Positions 57,486 through 64,000 of a DNA stretch of 64,000 nt are shown here, piece by piece (the stretch's first letter is position 1; every line of letters begins with the position of its first letter). A model generated the notes under the pieces. It did no database searches, was not told the DNA's origin, and was given only the letters and a program-made list of their open reading frames with translations. Both the position numbers and the translations under genes were made by a program. Origin of the DNA: an uncultured Candidatus Saccharibacteria bacterium (GTDB lineage Bacteria; Patescibacteriota; Minisyncoccia; Phycocordibacterales; UBA9973); NCBI GenBank assembly GCA_964645245.1, contig CAZYBS010000002.1, forward strand, positions 18,161 through 82,160, in the 5' to 3' direction.

Positions 57486-57689
57486 TTATATATTTTCTGA
57501 AAAATTATCAAAAGTTTTCTCTTCTTTAATTTCCTCTGTTTTAGATTCTTGATATAGCATGTAGCTGAAATAAATGAGCCCGAGTCCGGAGAGAGTGAAT
57601 AAGATATCTTTCCAAGCATAGGGAAAACCCAAGTACGGCAAAACTGCCACCCAAATGCCTAAAATTAAAAGTATCCGCGCTTTGCTCAT
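57486..57689 (-). CDS. Small two-TM protein
   Basis: 67 aa with two hydrophobic helices; in operon context. Confidence 0.7.
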   Translation of the reverse strand: MSKARILLILGIWVAVLPYLGFPYAWKDILFTLSGLGLIYFSYMLYQESKTEEIKEEKTFDNFSENI

Positions 57690-59113
57690 AAAATTTTAAG
57701 AGTAAATGTCTCCCAGATCCAAGCCGCAATTCGGTCGGCGGCGACCCAGCGTCCCCCACCGCTTTCTGCTACTACAAAGTTAATTCCATTCCAGGTACGG
57801 ATAGAAATCTGACTACCGTTAACGATAGTCGGATAACCCTGAATATTTTGAACAGTAAATGTTTCCCACGGACCAAGCGCCCGAGCGGTGGCATCCATGG
57901 TGGACCCGCCTCCGCCCTCGGCTCTGAAATAATAGCCCGAGTCCGTGCTAAACCCAACCGAATCACCGCTGATAAGCTGCCCTCCGTTAAGGTCGGTCAT
58001 TGTGAATGTCTCCCAGGCATAAGCATTATTCCTGTTCGCATTGATAATCCCTCCTCCGTTCAATTCCGCCACGACATACTGGCCGTTATTAGCCTGCAAG
58101 TTGACTGTATAGGTCGCCGGAGGCAAAGGAGTCGGGGCGGGAACCACGCAGTAGGGGTCTCCCAGCATCTGACAACCGATTGATTTTTGGTGATAAACAA
58201 GATCGGGATAGCTTCTGACTCCTATGAAGCCACTGGTATTAGCGTAAATAAACCACAAGAAAGATTGTATATTGTATTTTCCGCTTAAAGCTAGGTCTGA
58301 ATACCATTGCATCTGACACTTAGATAGCATCTTCCACGGACCACCGACAAAAGAAGGAGCAACCATCATCATCGGCTTATTATATTTCACGGCAGCATCA
58401 AAATATAGCAACACTTCCTGATTAAATTTAGTTTTCTGATCCGAACTGCAATATTCATGGTCGGGTATGTAGTAAGCATCAATACCAAGAACGTCAACGT
58501 TAGACGGTGGAGTTGGATAAGGCAAAATATTTTCAACAATAACCGTTGGGATGCCAGGAAATGTATTCTTAACATCACTGATTATCTTTTCCAGATATGA
58601 CTTGGCGATGGCAAACTTTTGTTCTTTGGTTTTGCCTTGAAATATTGGCCATTTATCGTAGTACCCCTGACTAATAAGCACATACCATTCCTCATAAATG
58701 GCTATGTAGGCAAGGGATGACATAAAGTTAGTATTTACCATGTCCTGCTTGATTTTATTTAAATAGGCACGCCTGGCTGTCGCATTAACAAATAATGTCT
58801 GGTCTGTATCTGTTCCGAAAGGCACTTGCAGCATTGCTTTAACTCCGGCGTTTCTTATCCGGCTTGCGGCTGTCGGATCCCAACTATTATTGGAGCCATT
58901 GTCGTATCGTACATTGATGATATTGATCGAGCCCTTGACCTCGTTAATATACGCCTGGTTCTTTGCCGGATCTTCAACGAAATAATAACCGTAATATTTG
59001 GGGGCGCTGGCTTGAGAAAAAGAAAAAGGACCCCACAAAGACAGGGTCACAGCGACCACAAATGAAATAGCAAAAATAAAGATTAAGTGTCCGCGTTTAA
59101 TGTGTTTTCTCAT
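57686..59113 (-). CDS. Secreted glycoside-hydrolase-like domain plus fascin-like beta-trefoil
   Basis: Signal peptide, Pro/Thr linker, three repeats of YxxAExGGG...AxR....WETF. Confidence 0.75.
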   Translation of the reverse strand: MRKHIKRGHLIFIFAISFVVAVTLSLWGPFSFSQASAPKYYGYYFVEDPAKNQAYINEVKGSINIINVRYDNGSNNSWDPTAASRIRNAGVKAMLQVPFGTDTDQTLFVNATARRAYLNKIKQDMVNTNFMSSLAYIAIYEEWYVLISQGYYDKWPIFQGKTKEQKFAIAKSYLEKIISDVKNTFPGIPTVIVENILPYPTPPSNVDVLGIDAYYIPDHEYCSSDQKTKFNQEVLLYFDAAVKYNKPMMMVAPSFVGGPWKMLSKCQMQWYSDLALSGKYNIQSFLWFIYANTSGFIGVRSYPDLVYHQKSIGCQMLGDPYCVVPAPTPLPPATYTVNLQANNGQYVVAELNGGGIINANRNNAYAWETFTMTDLNGGQLISGDSVGFSTDSGYYFRAEGGGGSTMDATARALGPWETFTVQNIQGYPTIVNGSQISIRTWNGINFVVAESGGGRWVAADRIAAWIWETFTLKIL

Positions 59114-59191
59114 TTACATTTAATTATAGCCCCTCAGACTAAAAACACAAGCAAAAGTTTTCCACTGCTGAAATCTTATGTATTAAAGTGA

Positions 59192-60865
59192 TTACTTAAA
59201 ATATTCCGGAGTATTGATAGACATCCAGTCTAGCAGTTGGCGCATAATGGGGGGCGCGCCGGCCCCGCCGCCGGCGGGGCCGGCTTCCATCATAATTGCG
59301 AACGCGTATTTTGGATTTTCGTACGGGAAAAAACCGATGACCCAAGAGTTTACTTTATTTTTTGCGACACCCAGTTGTGCCGTACCGGTCTTGGCGGCGA
59401 CTTCTATATAAGGTACATTTAACGCTGCGGCGGTGCCGTAAGAGACCGCTTGCCTCATTCCCCTATGCACAACATCAAAATATTCTTTTTTTATATTTAT
59501 TATAGAAACTTGGTTTTCCTTTTCGGTATCACCCAATATAAAATGGGGGTTTACGAGCTTGCCATTATTCGCAATAGCTCCTACCGCGCGCGCCATTTCT
59601 ATTAAAGTAACTTGGAACCCGTACTGCCCGATAGCAGTGTGATAAGTGTCTCCAACGCGCCAGGGGTCGCCTTTGAAATTTTCCATTTTCCACTGTGGAC
59701 TGGGAACAGTGCCTCCTTTTTCATCCGGCAAATCAACTCCAGTTTTCTCTCCAACGCCGAAAAGTTTGGCATACTTCCCAATATTCACGATTCCGAGGCC
59801 TTTTTGCTCTTCAAATCCTCCTCCAATTGTATAAAAATAAACATCCGAAGAAACAGCCAGAGCTTGCGCCATATCCGTCCAACCGTGCGCCTTCCAATCT
59901 TTAAAAATATTCTTTTGATTTGGGAAATAAGGATTTGGGATTGAAATAGAGCCGGTTGAAAGAATTTTTTTATCTGGATCAATCACACCTTCCATTAAAG
60001 CGCCTAAAGCAAAAAAGGGCTTGACGATTGAACCTGGAGTATAAAGTCCGGAAACAACTCTGTCTAAAAAGAATTTTCTTTTATCAGTTATATAGTTTTT
60101 AATCTTATTTACGTCTTTGCCTAGAGATAAAATTTCTGAATTATATTCTGGAAAACTAGTAGCAGTTATAATTTCTCCATTTCGAACGTCCATTATAATT
60201 CCAGCCCCGCCGGTAAAAGAATTACTTTCCGATAGATTTTTAATAAGAGAAAACAACTGCTTTTGAATTCGTGAATCAATGCTTGTTATCAAATCGTCCC
60301 CTCGCTTTGGGGCATTTATGATGTTTTCTGAATGTATTTCTCCTAACGCGTTTATTTCTATTATCTTTGACCCGTTTTCACCTTTTATTTTATTATTGTA
60401 TTCTTTTTCGAGCCCATCTTTGCCTATAAACTCACTTTGCCAGTAGCGTCCCGCATTGTCTTTTGTCGGATAGCTCACATAGCCCAGTATGTGCGAGAAT
60501 CCCGGCGATATATAAGCACGGGTGGAAATAACAGATAAGTCCTCCATTTTCTTGTTCCAAGTTAGTTCTTTTTTATTTCTATCGTAAATTATCCCTCTTT
60601 CACTGAAAATAGTGACTTTTTCCAGGGTATTGTTCTCGCTTCTTTTTCTATAGCTATCTCCATTCGCGACTTGGAGGTATACTAGTCGAGTCCCGAATAT
60701 TAAAGTTATAGTCAGAAAAAAAATGCCCAGAAGTAGAATAGTTTTTTTAGGAATCGGTTTTTCTATCCGGCCTTCAAATTGTTGGCGGTCAAAGTTCTGC
60801 AAATTTTTAGAATCAAGAAAAATTTCATCCGGATCAACAAAAAGGTTTTTATTTTTATCAAACAT
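59192..60865 (-). CDS. mrdA: Class B penicillin-binding protein (PBP2)
   Basis: RGIIYDRN, PGSIVK (SxxK), SSD, KTGTAQ. Confidence 0.9.
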   Translation of the reverse strand: MFDKNKNLFVDPDEIFLDSKNLQNFDRQQFEGRIEKPIPKKTILLLGIFFLTITLIFGTRLVYLQVANGDSYRKRSENNTLEKVTIFSERGIIYDRNKKELTWNKKMEDLSVISTRAYISPGFSHILGYVSYPTKDNAGRYWQSEFIGKDGLEKEYNNKIKGENGSKIIEINALGEIHSENIINAPKRGDDLITSIDSRIQKQLFSLIKNLSESNSFTGGAGIIMDVRNGEIITATSFPEYNSEILSLGKDVNKIKNYITDKRKFFLDRVVSGLYTPGSIVKPFFALGALMEGVIDPDKKILSTGSISIPNPYFPNQKNIFKDWKAHGWTDMAQALAVSSDVYFYTIGGGFEEQKGLGIVNIGKYAKLFGVGEKTGVDLPDEKGGTVPSPQWKMENFKGDPWRVGDTYHTAIGQYGFQVTLIEMARAVGAIANNGKLVNPHFILGDTEKENQVSIINIKKEYFDVVHRGMRQAVSYGTAAALNVPYIEVAAKTGTAQLGVAKNKVNSWVIGFFPYENPKYAFAIMMEAGPAGGGAGAPPIMRQLLDWMSINTPEYFK

Positions 60866-61121
60866 AAAATTTAAGTTTCTTTTTGAAAAATTCTACTAAC
60901 ACCAGAAACAAAATAAAAATAATAGAAGAGATAAAAACCATGTCGAAAAATCTAGCCTCTTTTACCCCAAAAAGTAAATCTGATAGAAAAAGCAAAATAA
61001 CGGCTTCTAGAAAAAAAGAGAAATAGGCCATGCCGGCAAAGGCCAAAATAGCAGATACCCCAAAAGGCATAAAAAGCACTGAAAATAAAAGTATGATAGA
61101 AGCTAAAATACGAAGTGCCAT
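60858..61121 (-). CDS. Small membrane protein upstream of mrdA
   Basis: 87-aa, three hydrophobic helices; overlaps both neighbours. Confidence 0.65.
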   Translation of the reverse strand: MALRILASIILLFSVLFMPFGVSAILAFAGMAYFSFFLEAVILLFLSDLLFGVKEARFFDMVFISSIIFILFLVLVEFFKKKLKFYV

Positions 61122-61957
61122 ATATAACGTAGCAAAAAGAAAATAATAAAGGCTAAAATAATATAGAAAATGAATTTGTTGTTAAAAATAAAAGATAAAA
61201 AAGTAAAAAAGAAAAGTTCTGTATATTTAAAAGGTTTTAAAAATTTACTTGCTTCCGTGTTTTCTGTATCTCCTGAAGTTTTTGCATTATTTAAGGCTTT
61301 TATCTGGTTCTGCACTGTTTCTTTTTCTTCTTTTAAGAATGTGCCTGTATCAGAACGAAGTTTTTCAATTGTATTGGTAGTCAGAATGACAGGTTTAGTT
61401 ATAAACTCCGGTGTTTTTTCCTCTATTACTTTTTCAATATTTTTAATTGATTCGGAGCCAATGCTGCTAACACTATCTATTATTGAATCAGGATTTTCGC
61501 TTATGTTGGTGGTCTTTAAAATTATTTTTTTACTTACTGTACGTGAGCTTTTGCTTGTTTCATTCTCGGCCAGATATACTTCTTCATACTTCCCTTTGGA
61601 TACTAAAAATTTAGCATTTTCAATTTTGCCAAAAATGTTATGAGCTCCAACCGTTGCCATCCAATCTATAGATATATCTTTAACGCCTTTGGCCAGAGCG
61701 ATGAAATCTTTTTTACCTAAAAAAATATTATTGTCAAAAAAAACCACCGTCCCCGACAATTCCCTTTCGTCCGGATTGAAAATTAAAGTGTAGATTTTAA
61801 TTTTATCTCCTTCCTCAAATGGATCTATAGAATACCAAATATTTCCCGGCACAAAACCGGCGTTCGAAACCTGCGCATAGCTTTTTATTGGCAAGATGGT
61901 AAATAGTAGAAATAAAATTATTACAGTTTTTTTAGACATTATATTACTTTGAAGCAA
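61103..61957 (-). CDS. Surface protein with signal peptide, Ig/CARDB-like domain and C-terminal TM
   Basis: Signal peptide, beta-rich domain, hydrophobic C-terminus. Confidence 0.7.
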   Translation of the reverse strand: MLQSNIMSKKTVIILFLLFTILPIKSYAQVSNAGFVPGNIWYSIDPFEEGDKIKIYTLIFNPDERELSGTVVFFDNNIFLGKKDFIALAKGVKDISIDWMATVGAHNIFGKIENAKFLVSKGKYEEVYLAENETSKSSRTVSKKIILKTTNISENPDSIIDSVSSIGSESIKNIEKVIEEKTPEFITKPVILTTNTIEKLRSDTGTFLKEEKETVQNQIKALNNAKTSGDTENTEASKFLKPFKYTELFFFTFLSFIFNNKFIFYIILAFIIFFLLRYIWHFVF

Positions 61958-63326
61958 GTTTGGAAGCTAGTCCGGTATAATTTTGAGGGGTGATTTTTAA
62001 TAACTCTTTCTTTATCTTATCGCTAACTTCCAAAGTGCTAATAAATTTATGAATATTAAGAAGCCTAGTTTGTTTGCCGCGAGTCAGGCCTTTTAATCTT
62101 TCATATGGCATTTTTACGCCCTCGCGCCGCAGAATCGTCTGGATGGCTTCGGCTATAACTTCAGGATGTGCATTTAAAACTTCACGGACTTTATTCTCGT
62201 TTACTTTGATGTTCGCTAAACCCTTAAGAAGATATTCATACGCGATAAGTGAATGTGAAAATGCCGTGCCAATGTTGCGTGATACAGTAGAATCAGACAA
62301 ATCTCTCTGTAATCTAGAAATTGGCAATTTTCTGCCGAAAAATTCGAATAAAGCATTTGCAAGCCCCAAGTTGCCCTCGCTATTTTCGAACTTTATAGGA
62401 TTTATCTTGTGAGGCATAGTGGAAGAGCCGACATCACCAATCGGCTTTTGCACTATCCACTCATCGCTAATATAACGCCAAATGTCCTGGTTCATATCTA
62501 GAAGAATAGTGTTTATTCTTCTTAAATTATCAAAAATTTCTACATAAGAATCATGCGGCTCGATTTGAGTAGTAAATAAATTAGGAACTAGATGAAAAAT
62601 ACTAGGCGTAAAATCAGATAAGGTTTTAATAAAATGTTCTGTAAAATTTATCCAGTCCACGTCCGGAAAAGCCACTAAGTGTGCATTGTAATTGCCGGTA
62701 GCGCCGTTTAGCTTGCAAAGAATTTCTTGCTTGGATAGATGGCTTACTTGGCGTTCTAGTCGAGAAGAAAAAATCTTGAATTCTTTCCCAAAAGTGGTTG
62801 GGGTAGCACCCTGACCATGAGTTTGAGCTAGCATACTAAGATCGCTATGCTTTTTTGCTAAATGATTGATTTCTTTTACTACTTGGTCTAGTTGTTTTAA
62901 TAATAATACGATGCCGTCTCGTAGCATTAACGCATAAGCTAGGTTGATAGTATCTTCGCTGGTTAATCCAAAATGAATCCATTCTAAAGTATCCTTAAGC
63001 GAAGTTTCCACCAGTTTTTCTTTCATGAAATACTCTACTGCTTTAGTGTCATGATCAGTGGCCTTGATATTCTTGTAACCCTTTATTTCAATATCAGAAA
63101 TTATTTGCGCACCTTCGTCTGTCAAATTATAAAGGGCTCTAATTAATTTTTTTTCTTTGGTAGTTATCTTTCTTAATTTGATTTTTAATTCAGAAAGTGC
63201 AATCAAATACTCTCCTTCGACAATAATTCGATATTGCATAAATCCTTTCTCGCTAAAAATTGAGGCAAGCGCAGAAGTGATTTTTCCGTAACGTCCATCT
63301 ATTGGTGAAATTGAATTTAATGACAT
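61944..63326 (-). CDS. purB: Adenylosuccinate lyase
   Basis: ISPIDGRY, THGQ, GSSTMPHKINPI.FENSEG. Confidence 0.97.
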   Translation of the reverse strand: MSLNSISPIDGRYGKITSALASIFSEKGFMQYRIIVEGEYLIALSELKIKLRKITTKEKKLIRALYNLTDEGAQIISDIEIKGYKNIKATDHDTKAVEYFMKEKLVETSLKDTLEWIHFGLTSEDTINLAYALMLRDGIVLLLKQLDQVVKEINHLAKKHSDLSMLAQTHGQGATPTTFGKEFKIFSSRLERQVSHLSKQEILCKLNGATGNYNAHLVAFPDVDWINFTEHFIKTLSDFTPSIFHLVPNLFTTQIEPHDSYVEIFDNLRRINTILLDMNQDIWRYISDEWIVQKPIGDVGSSTMPHKINPIKFENSEGNLGLANALFEFFGRKLPISRLQRDLSDSTVSRNIGTAFSHSLIAYEYLLKGLANIKVNENKVREVLNAHPEVIAEAIQTILRREGVKMPYERLKGLTRGKQTRLLNIHKFISTLEVSDKIKKELLKITPQNYTGLASKLASK

Positions 63327-63331
63327 AATAT

Positions 63332-64000
63332 TTATATTTGATAATTTCTAAGATTATTTTCTATTCTTTTGGCAATATCTCCATTTTCAACTTTGAAAGG
63401 AATGCCGGTAATTTGCTCGCAAATTTTTACATATCTTCTGGAGAGCTCAGCCACCATTTCTGCCGGAGCTTCTGGCAATTTTTCATCTTTATAAGGGTCG
63501 CAGTTGTCTTTGAACCACAAACGCAAAAATTCCTTGTCAAAATTTTCCGGTTCTAAACCATTCCTGATGCGCTCTTCATAAGTTTTTGCTTGCCAATATC
63601 TGGAAGAATCGGGAGTGTGGATTTCATCTATTAACATTATTTCCCCATTTTTCGTAAGTCCAAATTCATATTTCGTATCTACTAAAATTAGTCCTCTATC
63701 TAGGGCTATTTCTTGCCCGCGGGCAAAAAGTTTTAAAGCTATATCAGAAACTTTTTGCCAAATTGCCGGCGTCATAATTTTTTCTTCCAAAATAATTTTG
63801 CTAGTCAGAGGCCTATCGTGGGCTTCAAATTTTGTGGTGGGAGTTATGACCGGTTTTCCCAATTTTTGATTTTTATGCATGCCATCCGGCAAAATAAAAT
63901 CACCAAAATCTCTTAAGCCTTTTTGGTACAGCGTCCAGGTGGAAGTGCCAGTCACCCCGGTAATATAACCGCGCACTACCATTTCCACCGGAAGCACGGT
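63332..64000 (-). CDS. purC: SAICAR synthase (5'-truncated by window edge)
   Basis: PVEMVVRGY, VDTKYEFG, DEIHTPDSSRYW, DKEFLR. Confidence 0.96.
   Translation of the reverse strand, partial: TVLPVEMVVRGYITGVTGTSTWTLYQKGLRDFGDFILPDGMHKNQKLGKPVITPTTKFEAHDRPLTSKIILEEKIMTPAIWQKVSDIALKLFARGQEIALDRGLILVDTKYEFGLTKNGEIMLIDEIHTPDSSRYWQAKTYEERIRNGLEPENFDKEFLRLWFKDNCDPYKDEKLPEAPAEMVAELSRRYVKICEQITGIPFKVENGDIAKRIENNLRNYQI

Noticed and set aside
1-64000. Alternative genetic code (UGA = Gly)
   Set aside because: Long genes are intact under code 11 and some end in TGA (for example mraY and the ORF ending at 47188).

Overview
A 64-kb chromosomal segment (genetic code 11, AT-rich). Its gene content and protein style suggest a Patescibacteria/CPR bacterium, Parcubacteria-like; this taxonomy is inferred. 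Housekeeping genes include dnaK, dnaJ, cysS, trpS, aspS, gltX, recR, dnaB, scpAB, mraY-ftsW-murG, mrdA, rplU, rpmA, rplI, purB and purC. They are mixed with five paralogues of a ~570-aa Cys-rich protein, two VirD4/TraG-like ATPases and a riboflavin gene set. No rRNA, tRNA, CRISPR array or transposase was recognised. The main signal lies at about 27.7-40.7 kb: two converging amino-acid-sensing modules. (+) trpS-trpR, a 28-bp palindromic operator, a Trp-Trp leader peptide with attenuator, small ORFs and an Asp/Glu racemase. (-) A YerC/HisR-type repressor whose own 3' end encodes His-His-His and forms an attenuator, then alr, a His-rich micro-ORF, a divergent PLP enzyme, a copy of the same small-ORF pair, a second operator, a Tyr-Tyr leader with attenuator, a GNAT and a 26-aa peptide. 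None of these elements precedes a Trp, His or Tyr biosynthesis gene. Also notable are GC-rich palindromes inserted in frame in conserved proteins and widespread leaderless promoter architecture.
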